Shown here: one piece after another, positions 44,126 through 53,585 of the stretch | Layout: every line of letters starts with the position of its first letter | Numbering within the stretch: the stretch's first letter is position 1 | Assembly (NCBI GenBank): GCA_963771045.1 | Contig: CAVYRW010000004.1 | Coordinates: 928,001-992,000, forward strand | Length of the DNA stretch: 64,000 nucleotides | Direction of reading: 5' to 3' | Source: Waddliaceae bacterium | GTDB taxonomy: Bacteria > Chlamydiota > Chlamydiia > Chlamydiales > SLFE01 | Notes under the pieces: generated by a model | Seen by the model: only the letters and a program-made list of their open reading frames with translations | Told to the model about the DNA's origin: nothing | Databases searched by the model: none | Made by a program: the position numbers and the translations under genes

Positions 44126-46076
44126 TGTTGCTGTCGTCGACTTTGACGGTTTTTTCTTTTGAGCTTTTAGCGCTTTTTTTTAACTCCTTTTTTGGAGCAG
44201 TGATATCGATCCAAATAGGAGAGCTCCATGCCATATGCCCGTCTTCCTGGGTCACTCGTAGATAGTAATAGGCAAAAGGGGTTTGTTTATCCCCCCCTTT
44301 GAGGGAATTTATTTCCAAGGGCGTCATGTCGTCATATTCAAAGTCGGCATGATAATTCTCGGGATGTATTGTGTGGATCACATCTCCGTTTCGAATAATC
44401 TCTATTTTATTGAGGTTTGTGGTTCCGGCGACATAGCCTGAAATGTGCCTGTTGACGAGTAGGCCGGGTTTTTCCGATGTGTCGATTTCGGTTCCCATAA
44501 GCTCTCCGGCAATCGACAGTCCGACAATAATCCTTTGACCTGTCGTTGCGTAGCAGCGGCGGTTGTATAGGGCTTCGAATATTGACTCTTTCGTATGGTT
44601 TTTGGTGAACACCGCAGTAAACCCTGGAGGGTATTGCGTTTGTTCGTGATCAAAAAAATCGTAATAAATCCCGCGGTCATCTAGTCCGCCGGCGACAAAT
44701 CCAAACCGGCAGTTGTTATTGAGGGCATTTTGGATGGATCCTTCGGCCGTTTCAGTGACACCATTTTTTGGGGAGGGGGCAATTGGGCAAGGATTCCCTT
44801 CTTTTTGGGTGCTCTCGGACGACCCCCAGGCATTGTAAATTTCGACAACGCGCTCAAATTCGGGATTCCAGTTTTTAAAATTATATTGATACCCATTTCC
44901 CATGGTAAAAGTCGGTATGGAAAGCATTTCTTTGGGGGAATAGGATTTATAGATTTTATTCAGGGAGTTGTATTTGGTGTCTTTTTTTCTCATGATTTGT
45001 TTTTGTTCTTTGGCAAAGATGAACTGCCGCACTCCTTCTTTTCCCGGCTCTCCTTCCCACTGAAATCCCGAGAAAGTCGAAAATCTGTCTTCCTCGTTAA
45101 ATTCCTGCACATTGCTTGCTATAAGTTTCCAAATTTCATTAGAAGTTTCCTCGGAATTCTGGCTGGGCGAGACGCCGTAGAAGTTGTAGGCCAGCTCATC
45201 TCTAAAGTGCCTGAGGCAGCTTTCAATGTTTTCTGTCGAGTCGACCCTTTCGGATTCTCCATGGAGCGTGCCCCACAAAAGTTGTTCTTCAAGATCGGCA
45301 AAACATTTCATAGGAGGAGAAAAATAAATATTTTGCGTGGACATATTTTTTAGCTGCACAGTGTAGACGCCGGGATCATTAAAATATAGATTGGGGAGAG
45401 TTATATAACCGGTTTCGGGAATAAACAGCTTCCAGCTAAGGTTTTCCCTCAAGTGTTCATGGGTGAGTTCAATGAGCGTGTTTTCGCTGTCAGTTGTGCT
45501 TGTCAGGTTTCCAAACCGGTCTTCAAAACGAATCACGACATCAAACCGTTTATTTTTGGAAACGAAAGAGGGTGTGATAGCTTTTATATTATCGAGCTCG
45601 TTGCCTTTGACATCCATGGAAAAGACTTCGGGATCAGTGAACTTTCCTTTTCCGGCAGGATCGACATAGAGATAAAAAGCCCTGCGCCTTTGCGCGTTGG
45701 CCTGGGCTTGAGTCCCTTTGGGATTCGGCCCCCATTTTTTTTCTTTGGGGTCCCCTACGTAGATAGTCATTGGCTCTCCAGCAGGAACTTTAGCCGGCAG
45801 TTTGAACTGATATTTGGGAATGATATCATTAGCTCCGAAAATTTCTTCCGGGAAAAATGGTTTGTTTTTTCCCACTTTGGCGTATATAACGTTTTCTTCT
45901 GCTTCCATGTCTGTTGCCGGGGCCTCCCAGTCAATAGGCCTGCCGTTGCTCATTATGTCGAACAGCAGCAGCGTTCCCTGAGGGAGCGCGGAAGAGGGGG
46001 TATAAATGAATTTCCAGGTTTTAAATTCCCCAGCATAAGCGACTGGGGGTTCACAAGCACAAATCGACCGGCGCAT
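44118..46076 (-). CDS. DUF3604-type conserved chlamydial protein (CT425-like)
   Basis: WGTLHGES, VEIYNAWG, GFVAGGLD, RRCYATTG and YYYLRV..EDG.MAWSSPIW. Confidence 0.75.
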   Translation of the reverse strand: MRRSICACEPPVAYAGEFKTWKFIYTPSSALPQGTLLLFDIMSNGRPIDWEAPATDMEAEENVIYAKVGKNKPFFPEEIFGANDIIPKYQFKLPAKVPAGEPMTIYVGDPKEKKWGPNPKGTQAQANAQRRRAFYLYVDPAGKGKFTDPEVFSMDVKGNELDNIKAITPSFVSKNKRFDVVIRFEDRFGNLTSTTDSENTLIELTHEHLRENLSWKLFIPETGYITLPNLYFNDPGVYTVQLKNMSTQNIYFSPPMKCFADLEEQLLWGTLHGESERVDSTENIESCLRHFRDELAYNFYGVSPSQNSEETSNEIWKLIASNVQEFNEEDRFSTFSGFQWEGEPGKEGVRQFIFAKEQKQIMRKKDTKYNSLNKIYKSYSPKEMLSIPTFTMGNGYQYNFKNWNPEFERVVEIYNAWGSSESTQKEGNPCPIAPSPKNGVTETAEGSIQNALNNNCRFGFVAGGLDDRGIYYDFFDHEQTQYPPGFTAVFTKNHTKESIFEALYNRRCYATTGQRIIVGLSIAGELMGTEIDTSEKPGLLVNRHISGYVAGTTNLNKIEIIRNGDVIHTIHPENYHADFEYDDMTPLEINSLKGGDKQTPFAYYYLRVTQEDGHMAWSSPIWIDITAPKKELKKSAKSSKEKTVKVDDSNNE

Positions 46077-46124
46077 AGACAATTCTCCAAATCTTCAAAT
46101 AAGAACATTATGACTAAAAAAAGA

Positions 46125-47684
46125 TTAAACCGCAAACTCAACGGCTCTTTTTTCCCGAATTACAGTAACCTTGATTTTACCCGGGTATTTCATCTCTTTT
46201 TCGATTTTTTTGGAGAGATCGCGCGCCAAATTGAGAATGCCGTTGTCATCGACCATGTCGGGCATGACGACTATTCTCACTTCGCGCCCTGCCTGCATCG
46301 CGTATGCCTGTTCAATTCCGGGAAATTCGTAGGCGAGATCTTCGAGTTTTCGAAGACGTTTAAAGTATTCTTCGGCAGCTTCGACTCTCGCCCCTGGTCT
46401 TGAGGCGGAAATTTTATCTGCCGATTCGCAAAGGGACCCTTCAACTGTGATTGGCTTGATTTCGCCGTGATGGCAGCCGATTCCGTTTGCGATCTCTTCT
46501 GTTTCTTCATATTTGAGGGCAAGATCCCGTCCGATCAGAGCGTGGGTGCCTTCAATTTCGTGGGTCGCTGCCTTTCCGATGTCGTGGAGCAGGCCGATTC
46601 TTCTTGCCAGCTCGTCATTGAGCCCCAATTCCGAAGCCATAATCCCCATAAGATAAGAGACTTCAAGGGAATGTTCCAGAACGTTTTGCCCGTAGCTGTA
46701 GCGGAATTTTAATTTTCCGAGAAGGTCGATCAGTTCGGGGTGCAAATTGATGATGCCCGCTCTCATTGCAGCGTCTTCTCCACACTTTTTTATTTGTTTT
46801 TGAGTTGACGATTTAGCTTTTTCCACAGCCTCTTCAATTCTTGTAGGGTGGATTCTGCCATCGGAAACCAGCTCTGAGAGTGCCATTTTGGCGATATTTT
46901 TCCGCACCGGATCAAAGCCCGAAATAATCACGATTCCCGGGGTTTCATCGATAAGGAAATTGACCCCGGTGAGTCTCTCCAGCGTCCTGATATTACGGCC
47001 GTCCCTGCCGATAATCCTTCCTTTCATGTCGTCATGAGGAATGGAAACGGTAACCGTGGCCGTCTCCGATACTGTCTCAACTGCCAGCCTGTTGATCGCA
47101 GTCGCTAAAATACCGGCTGCCAGTTTTTCACTCTCTTCTTCGACCTCTTTTTGCGACCGTCTAATCAATTGAGCCGCATCTGACTTGATTTCATCCTTAA
47201 CTTTTTTAAGCAACTCATTTTTAGCTTCTTCCAATGATAATTCCGAAAGGCGCTCCAATTCACTTATAAGAAGATTTTGCTTTTGTGAAAGGCTTTTTTT
47301 GTCGTCTTCGAATTGTTCGCGCCTGGCTTGAAGGATGGCTTCTCTTTTATCGATGTCCTGCAGTTTCTTTTCAACGAGGTTCATCCGCCTTTCAAGTTTA
47401 TCTTCCCGCTCTTTCAACCTTTCTTCCCGTTCGCTTTGTTTGAGCTTTTCTTTCTGCAGCTGTTCTTCGGTGCGGCGAACCATTTCTTCTTGCTTTTGCT
47501 TGATTTCAAGGTCGGAATTTTTCCCCACGATTTCAGCTTTCATTTCGGCTTTGCTGATAATCTCCTGTGCTAAAGTCTTGAACTGACCGATTTTAATTCG
47601 ATAATATACCCACATGGAGAAGAGGCCGACAAGGGCGCCAAAGAGGGAGAAAAGCAGGATGGAAATAATTTGATCGATACTCAT
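46125..47684 (-). CDS. rny: ribonuclease Y
   Basis: N-terminal TM, coiled coil, KH motif KGRIIGRDGRNI, HD motif LLHDIGK, AMQAGRE and YPGKIKVTVIRE. Confidence 0.96.
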   Translation of the reverse strand: MSIDQIISILLFSLFGALVGLFSMWVYYRIKIGQFKTLAQEIISKAEMKAEIVGKNSDLEIKQKQEEMVRRTEEQLQKEKLKQSEREERLKEREDKLERRMNLVEKKLQDIDKREAILQARREQFEDDKKSLSQKQNLLISELERLSELSLEEAKNELLKKVKDEIKSDAAQLIRRSQKEVEEESEKLAAGILATAINRLAVETVSETATVTVSIPHDDMKGRIIGRDGRNIRTLERLTGVNFLIDETPGIVIISGFDPVRKNIAKMALSELVSDGRIHPTRIEEAVEKAKSSTQKQIKKCGEDAAMRAGIINLHPELIDLLGKLKFRYSYGQNVLEHSLEVSYLMGIMASELGLNDELARRIGLLHDIGKAATHEIEGTHALIGRDLALKYEETEEIANGIGCHHGEIKPITVEGSLCESADKISASRPGARVEAAEEYFKRLRKLEDLAYEFPGIEQAYAMQAGREVRIVVMPDMVDDNGILNLARDLSKKIEKEMKYPGKIKVTVIREKRAVEFAV

Positions 47685-47908
47685 AAAAATTCAAATTATC
47701 AGAATCCTGAGAATTAGAAAACAAAATTTTCTCTTTATTCAAAACTTGCTTAATAGTTTTTCAAATAAAAGAGTCATTATAAAGCGGCGGGTCAGACACA
47801 ATGGTGTCAAGTACAGGTTTTTCTTAAATTGACCTTTGGGGTGATTAGAAATCTTTATGTATTTTATCAAATCAGTAAATTATGTATCATATTTAATGAG
47901 GTATCATT

Positions 47909-48586
47909 ATGAAATATTTTATATTAGTTTTTGCAGTATTACAATTTCATTCGAGCTATGGATCGTTCAGTGATTTTGAAAAGAAATTTTTGCAGCAACC
48001 AGAAAAGCTGGAAGCATGGCATGTATTGTCCGATGAAGTGGATCTATGGACCGATAGAATTGGCATGCCCATAGACGAGAGAATTAAGGAAACTGTAATT
48101 GTCCTCAATCTTATGGGTTTTACAACTAGCGCTTCTTGCGAAGGGCATATTGATTGGGGCTTGCCTTATCCCTGGATCGATTTTGCCGTCAATGATAAAG
48201 AATTCTTCAATATACAAAATGAGCTGATGGAGATCCAGAAGCAAATTAATGGTTATGGCGACTTTAAGGATCTAACTGACGAAGAACTGCAGGAAGTGAG
48301 TAATTTAAACAAGCAACGTTTAGCATTATTTTCGGAGCTTTACCGCAATACCCAAACTAAACTCCTTCCCATCTATGCATTGCTGGAAAAATTCTATTCA
48401 AAGAAAAAGAAGCATTACGATTGTGTTATATGTTTTCCCGACAAATATCTTTCTAGGATGCAAAGTCTTGGGGGACAATGGAAATATGTTCGTACTCCTG
48501 AACAAAAAAAGAATAAGTTAAAAAAGTATCAGGAAGAAATGAGCCAATTCACTGACTTTTTAATCAGGGAGTATTTGCGCCAATAA
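47909..48586 (+). CDS. hypothetical exported protein
   Basis: signal peptide; PIDERIKETV..LN..GF.T..SCEGH block; SD GAGGT. Confidence 0.75.
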   Translation: MKYFILVFAVLQFHSSYGSFSDFEKKFLQQPEKLEAWHVLSDEVDLWTDRIGMPIDERIKETVIVLNLMGFTTSASCEGHIDWGLPYPWIDFAVNDKEFFNIQNELMEIQKQINGYGDFKDLTDEELQEVSNLNKQRLALFSELYRNTQTKLLPIYALLEKFYSKKKKHYDCVICFPDKYLSRMQSLGGQWKYVRTPEQKKNKLKKYQEEMSQFTDFLIREYLRQ

Positions 48587-48589
48587 ATG

Positions 48590-48744
48590 CGGGTTAATCG
48601 ACTTTACTGAAGGAAAGTAGTCATTTTGATTCTCCAAGTCAGCAGCAGAACGTTACCAAGCCATTCAGACGTGCTGACCCGGGAAGTCAACGCTTTTTGA
48701 AATATGGGTAATCGTAGTTTTTTCTATCCTGAGAATTAGACCCG
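48590..48744 (-). ncRNA. candidate structured RNA (6S-like?)
   Basis: 19-bp stem (17 pairs on the minus strand, including G-U) at 48626-48690 plus a possible closing stem CGGGTCTAAT/ATTAACCCG. Confidence 0.2.
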
Positions 48745-48900
48745 TGATTGTAACCTAATCTGAGGCCAATCATCTACAGCTGAAGGTCATCTTTCGATAA
48801 ATTTCCCCTCCGGCATGTCTTAAGACATGCCTCTTGTCAAAATTTTCTCTTTATTCAAAATTCGGGAAATTGTATAATTTTCCAAAAAATAGGTAAGGTA

Positions 48901-49248
48901 ATGCATCCAGATTATTTTAATGACTATGACAGGGGATTAAAATTATATAACAAGAGCAATTATTTTGATGCAGCTATTTGTTATTGGACAGCTTATAACA
49001 AGATTCATCAGATTCCAGGTGGTCAAAGGCCCAGCTTTATGCAGAAGGATCTTACTGAGATCGTCACGGCCCTAATTAGGGCTCAGCTTGGGCTTATCCC
49101 TTCAATAAAGTGTTCCAGGCTACGGGCTCACCAATTAACGGTGATCAAAAAGCTTATTGAGAAAGATATTAAAGAAGAAGAAAAACCCCTCGACCCCTTT
49201 ATTGAAAAAGTTTATTTATATGTAAACAAAGGAGATACTGTTTCATAG
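48901..49248 (+). pseudogene. hypothetical helical (TPR-like) protein truncated by IS1
   Basis: the TAG stop is formed by the IS junction; the frame resumes after the TSD and runs to 50134. Confidence 0.65.
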
Positions 49249-50074
49249 GTGTCCATAACATGTAATGCTCAATTTTTTGAATTGATATTGATTTTCTTGT
49301 GCGTTTTCCTTTGTTTCTAAAACGAATGGAGGACCCAAATGACACCCACTTGTCCTAACTGTAAATCCACCAGTATCAAAAAGAACGGCCATATTCACAG
49401 TGGAAAGCAAAATCATAGGTGTTTGTCTTGTGGAAGGCAATTCGTCATCGATCCTCAGCAAAAAATAATATCAGATGAGACAACATCAAGAGTAAGACAG
49501 GCATTGCTTGAACGCGTTTCTCTCGAAGGTATTTGTAGAATCTTTGACGTCAGCATGCCCTGGCTTTTGAATTTTATGAACAGAATAATCGAAGATCTTC
49601 CAGAAGATTTGAATGCGGATGTCACTGGAGAAGAAGAGTTTGAGGTAGCTATACTTGAGCTTGATGAACAGTGGAGCTATGTAGGAAAGAAAAAAAATCC
49701 AATATGGCTTTGGCTCGCATTTCATTCAGGTACACGACAGGTATTAGCTATGCATGTAGGAAAAAGAAATAAGCAAGCAGCAGAATCCTTATTAGCGAAG
49801 CTCCCCGAGGACTTAAAAAAAAAAGCCGTCTTTTATACGGATAAGTTCTCAATCTACTACGAAGTCCTTCCTTGGGAACAACATCGTCCAGTCGGAAAGG
49901 AGTCAGGTAAGACAAGCTACATTGAGAGATTTAATAACACGCTCAGGCAGCGATGCTCAAGGCTAGTGAGAAAAACCCTTTCATTTTCAAAGAAAATTGA
50001 GAACCATATTGGCATGATAAAATATTTTATATGTGACTATAACCAGAGAAAAGCATTACAAGTTTAGGACTACC
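49248..50074 (+). mobile_element. IS1-family element
   Basis: IRs GGT-GTCCATAACATGTAATGCT and (reverse complement) GGTAGTCCTAAACTTGTAATGCT; 8-bp TSD GTTTCATA at 49240-49247 and 50075-50082. Confidence 0.92.
49339..50067 (+). CDS. IS1 transposase (InsA-InsB in one frame)
   Basis: CPNC...KNG...QNHRCLSC zinc finger; ELDEQWSYV, YTD and IERFNNTLRQR..RLVRKTLSFSK. Confidence 0.92.
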   Translation: MTPTCPNCKSTSIKKNGHIHSGKQNHRCLSCGRQFVIDPQQKIISDETTSRVRQALLERVSLEGICRIFDVSMPWLLNFMNRIIEDLPEDLNADVTGEEEFEVAILELDEQWSYVGKKKNPIWLWLAFHSGTRQVLAMHVGKRNKQAAESLLAKLPEDLKKKAVFYTDKFSIYYEVLPWEQHRPVGKESGKTSYIERFNNTLRQRCSRLVRKTLSFSKKIENHIGMIKYFICDYNQRKALQV

Positions 50075-50149
50075 GTTTCATACTCTATGATCACTGGGGG
50101 CTCTTTGGTAAAAAATCACAGCGGGAACTGCTGACCGAAGATTAATTTT

Positions 50150-51472
50150 TTAATTGATGTTCCCTTTTTTAGGGGTGATTTTAACTCTTTCAACACCGCG
50201 ATCATTAGATTTGATCACTTCGATTTTAAAGTTGTCGTGATCTATAACGAATCCCTTCGAAGGAATTGTTCCTGTACGGTGGTAAATATAGCCGCCCAGG
50301 GTGTCGTAATCAGTGTCTTGGGGAATGTTAATGCTTAGCTTCTCCTCCATATCGAGGATGCTCATTTTTGTGTCGACTAGCCAGCTTCCATTTGCAAGAG
50401 GGGAAAAGAGCTCGGTGTCTTCGTCATACTCATCGGCAATCTCTCCGACAATTTCTTCTAAAATGTCTTCTATTGTGACAATACCTTCGGTCCCCCCATA
50501 CTCATCCACGACGATGGCCAGATGAAGCTGCTTCTTCCGAAACTCCTGCAATAGATGGGAGATTTTTTTTGTTTCGGGAGTGTACATCGTTTTCTTTACT
50601 ATCGACTCAATAGGAGTTTCCAGGATTTCCGGATTGCCAGGATTTTCGGCAAATTTCATGTATTCGAGCAAAATGTCTTTATACATGAGAATTCCGATGA
50701 TTTCGTCGACATTATTTTTATAAACAGGGATGCGGCTGTAGCCTTCTTCGATGATCTGATTGGCTGCGTCTTTTACAGAAGTTTTCCCATTTAGGGCAAA
50801 AACATCGACGCGGGGAACCATAACTTCCCGAGCAATGCGGTTTCTAAAGGTAACTACCGATTCGATCAGTTCTTTGTCTGTGTTGTCCAGAGCTTCTCCG
50901 GTATCCGCTTCCTGGATCATTTCGATGAGCTGCTGCTTTACCCTCATTTGAGGTTCGGAGAGTTGATTGGAAAAATTGGTTTTTGAGAGGGATTTGAATA
51001 TCAGCAGCATCGGAAAAGAGAGCGGAAGCAGCAGTAGAATAAATGGAGATGCAAGAGGGGCCAGGTAGATCAGCGATTGCCTGGGATAACGGGAGCCTGC
51101 CGTTTTAGGTATCAGCTCCCCTAAGATAAAATAGATAATGATAAAAATTAAAGTCAGGATAATGAACCAGGGCAAGTTGTATGCCGATAGGGGAAACAGG
51201 TTCAGGGCGTAGAGAAGGATCACAGCAAAAAAGGCATAGAGGAACCTCATAATGCTCAGAGTGCAAAGAACGACAAAATAAACAGAATCAAATTCGTGCC
51301 CCGAAAAGATGCGCTGATGAATGAAACGGATAAAAAAAATGCGCCTTAGGCTTTTTTGGTATTTACTGGGTTCTCGTCGAAAAAACCTTTTCAGGGCAAA
51401 ATTCGTAGCTGTCAATGTGAAAAGGGCAATGACGATCAGAATAAGGATGCTGATGGTGATTGCGATGGTCAT
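50150..51472 (-). CDS. hemolysin/CorC-family CNNM-CBS domain protein
   Basis: GELIPK, REVMVPR, YSRIPVY and VVDEYGGTEGIVTIEDILEEIVGEI. Confidence 0.92.
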   Translation of the reverse strand: MTIAITISILILIVIALFTLTATNFALKRFFRREPSKYQKSLRRIFFIRFIHQRIFSGHEFDSVYFVVLCTLSIMRFLYAFFAVILLYALNLFPLSAYNLPWFIILTLIFIIIYFILGELIPKTAGSRYPRQSLIYLAPLASPFILLLLPLSFPMLLIFKSLSKTNFSNQLSEPQMRVKQQLIEMIQEADTGEALDNTDKELIESVVTFRNRIAREVMVPRVDVFALNGKTSVKDAANQIIEEGYSRIPVYKNNVDEIIGILMYKDILLEYMKFAENPGNPEILETPIESIVKKTMYTPETKKISHLLQEFRKKQLHLAIVVDEYGGTEGIVTIEDILEEIVGEIADEYDEDTELFSPLANGSWLVDTKMSILDMEEKLSINIPQDTDYDTLGGYIYHRTGTIPSKGFVIDHDNFKIEVIKSNDRGVERVKITPKKGNIN

Positions 51473-51487
51473 AATCTTAATTATAGC

Positions 51488-51940
51488 TTATTTCAATCTA
51501 AGGTCAAGATCGAGGTTTTTGAGGTTGAGAAGGTGCCGCTTTTCGGCATCCCGCATTTTGAGGCGGTCCTCTTCAGAGATGTCATCATAACCCATAAGAT
51601 GTAGCAGCCCGTGGATCATGTAGAGGAGGGCTTCGTCATAAGGATCGCAGCCCGTGTCATTTGCGTATTTTACAGCAGCAAAAGGGCAGACAAATACTTC
51701 ACCCAGAACATGATAGGATTCTTGAGCTCCCGAATCTATAGGAAACGAGATACAGTCGGTCAGACTTGCGTCGTTAAAATATTTTTTGTGGAGGCTGCAA
51801 ATTGCAGACTGGTCGACAAAATTCACCGATATTTCATCGGTCTTTACACCTTCCGATGAGATGATTTCCCGCACAATCACGGGTACAGCTTCATCATCGA
51901 GGGGCAAGTCAATTTGCTCGTTGGCGACTGCGATTATCAA
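51488..51940 (-). CDS. ybeY: rRNA maturation endoribonuclease YbeY
   Basis: TDCISF, LGEVFV and HGLLHLMGYD. Confidence 0.9.
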   Translation of the reverse strand: MIIAVANEQIDLPLDDEAVPVIVREIISSEGVKTDEISVNFVDQSAICSLHKKYFNDASLTDCISFPIDSGAQESYHVLGEVFVCPFAAVKYANDTGCDPYDEALLYMIHGLLHLMGYDDISEEDRLKMRDAEKRHLLNLKNLDLDLRLK

Positions 51941-51942
51941 AC

Positions 51943-52101
51943 TTAGATATTCGGTGTTTTGGGCAAACCTGTAACGCGTTTGTTTTCACCTTTTTTCCAA
52001 AAACCGAGCTTTTTCAACACCTCGATTCTCTCGTAGCGTTTCAGAACATTCCTTTTGACGGCGCCTTTATTAGACTTTCCAAAACTTTTATGTCTAGACA
52101 T
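51943..52101 (-). CDS. PVC superphylum signature small basic protein (missed by the ORF track)
   Basis: MSRHKSFGKSNKGAVKRNVLKRYERIEVLKKLGFWKKGENKRVTGLPKTPNI. Confidence 0.9.
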   Translation of the reverse strand: MSRHKSFGKSNKGAVKRNVLKRYERIEVLKKLGFWKKGENKRVTGLPKTPNI

Positions 52102-52113
52102 TGTTGATTACCC

Positions 52114-52287
52114 TTATTTAATCTTTGGAATGAATACGTTATTTGCCAAATCTCCCTCGACAGCGTTGCCATGTTCCTTGAACCCTTTGGGAAGATTGTC
52201 TTTTTTAGATCCGGTTTTTTTGGCAGGTGGCAGCGGCCTTTTAGGAGAGACCGCTCTTCGTTTTGATTGCTTGCTCATTCGTGTCAT
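52114..52287 (-). CDS. small basic chlamydial protein (CT421.1-like; missed by the ORF track)
   Basis: MTRMSKQSKRRAVSPKRP...VFIPKIK, 57 aa; SD AGGAG. Confidence 0.75.
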   Translation of the reverse strand: MTRMSKQSKRRAVSPKRPLPPAKKTGSKKDNLPKGFKEHGNAVEGDLANNVFIPKIK

Positions 52288-52436
52288 GGATATTCTCCTG
52301 ATTTATACCACAAATTATAAAGATGCAGGGGGTTTAGAGCAATGGAAATTTTGAGGAGATTTGTTAGGTTGATAAGAATACTGCGCGCCCGTACCCGAGG
52401 TTGTTAATGGGGAAACTTAAATTATTAAAGAAATTA

Positions 52437-52466
52437 TTGACAAATATAGGGAAAATTTATTATAAT
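52437..52466 (+). promoter_or_regulatory. consensus sigma66/70 promoter
   Basis: TTGACA-18 nt-TATAAT, 27 nt before ATG 52494. Confidence 0.7.
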
Positions 52467-52493
52467 TTAACAAACTTTTATTAAAATGGAATT

Positions 52494-53582
52494 ATGAATC
52501 CCACAGATAGCATTACTTCATATCCCGGCGTGCATCAAATTCATGACACAAATCCGGGTAGCCCCGGGGCCGAGAGGCAGGAAAAGCTGCCGAAAGATGT
52601 GCTGGAGGCCCTGGAGGACAATGATCTTGAACGGGCAATGGCCTTGCTTAGGCAGTATGAGAATGAAGGCGCTGAGGAGGTCAATAAATTTTTAGACAAA
52701 TTGATGAATATGCTTATGAGCGCGATAACTTTCAAATTTATCGTCGCCAAACCCGCCAAGGGGAAAGTCAAAAAAACTCAAAATCAGCGAATAAGCGTTA
52801 AAATAAGAGCTCTGGCTCAAAAGTTCATTAGCATGCTGGCATCTCCTATAAGAGGTTTGGAAAAGGCCTTGTTTAAGGGATGGAAAGCTCTTTCCGGGAT
52901 GAGCCGTGCGGCAAGCCGGCATTTGATTATGCCTGCTGCCCGATTTGTTGCCGCTCCATTTATCAAGTCATACCGTACAATTAAAGAGCGTTTCGGCCGG
53001 ATCGCCGAGAAAGTTACAAATAGAGTGAAAAAACGTTTCCAGGAAATCAGGGAAAAAGCATCGGGAAAGATTGAAAAAGCGGTCCATGAAATACGCGAGC
53101 TGGCAAAGCCGATTAAAGTGTGGCTGTCTCATAAATTCAATGAATTTGTCGACAAGCAGCAATGGCTGAAGGAAACTCTAGGGCAGCAAATGCAGCCAAT
53201 TGTTCATACCGCCCATGTCCTCATCAATCTTATGGCGGTTGCGCTTGTCCCCTTTGCCTTCGGGACGCGGCAAATACGGAAAGGAGGCAAACTGATTCAA
53301 AAGGGGATCAATAAAGTTAAAGGGGCTTTTAATCGAGCTAAAAATTGGGTCAAAGGCAAATTCAAAAAAGGATATGGCTATATACAAGTGGTTGTTCAAG
53401 CTTGCGTTTTAGCAATCGAGCGTGTCTGGCTTTTGATTTTTGAGAAAATGCTGCAATTATTGAAAAAGCTTTTGAAATGGCTCTTAACTCCTTTTAGGCT
53501 TCTTGCAAGGATTCTCGTCCGAATCGCAAATCATTTACAAAAATTTATTTATCGTTTATATAGTCAATCTTTTGGAGATTGA
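52494..53582 (+). CDS. hypothetical basic amphipathic-helix protein
   Basis: 362-aa ORF with an upstream consensus promoter. Confidence 0.75.
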   Translation: MNPTDSITSYPGVHQIHDTNPGSPGAERQEKLPKDVLEALEDNDLERAMALLRQYENEGAEEVNKFLDKLMNMLMSAITFKFIVAKPAKGKVKKTQNQRISVKIRALAQKFISMLASPIRGLEKALFKGWKALSGMSRAASRHLIMPAARFVAAPFIKSYRTIKERFGRIAEKVTNRVKKRFQEIREKASGKIEKAVHEIRELAKPIKVWLSHKFNEFVDKQQWLKETLGQQMQPIVHTAHVLINLMAVALVPFAFGTRQIRKGGKLIQKGINKVKGAFNRAKNWVKGKFKKGYGYIQVVVQACVLAIERVWLLIFEKMLQLLKKLLKWLLTPFRLLARILVRIANHLQKFIYRLYSQSFGD

Positions 53583-53585
53583 TCT

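Larger units (their letters stand above)
47704..48860. repeat. split direct repeats flanking the 47909 gene
   Basis: ATCCTGAGAATTAGA at 47704 and 48726; CAAAATTTTCTCTTTATTCAAAA at 47722 and 48838. Confidence 0.75.

Noticed and set aside
45453..46403. 316-aa + strand ORF
   Set aside because: Antisense to rny and the DUF3604 gene, with no motifs.
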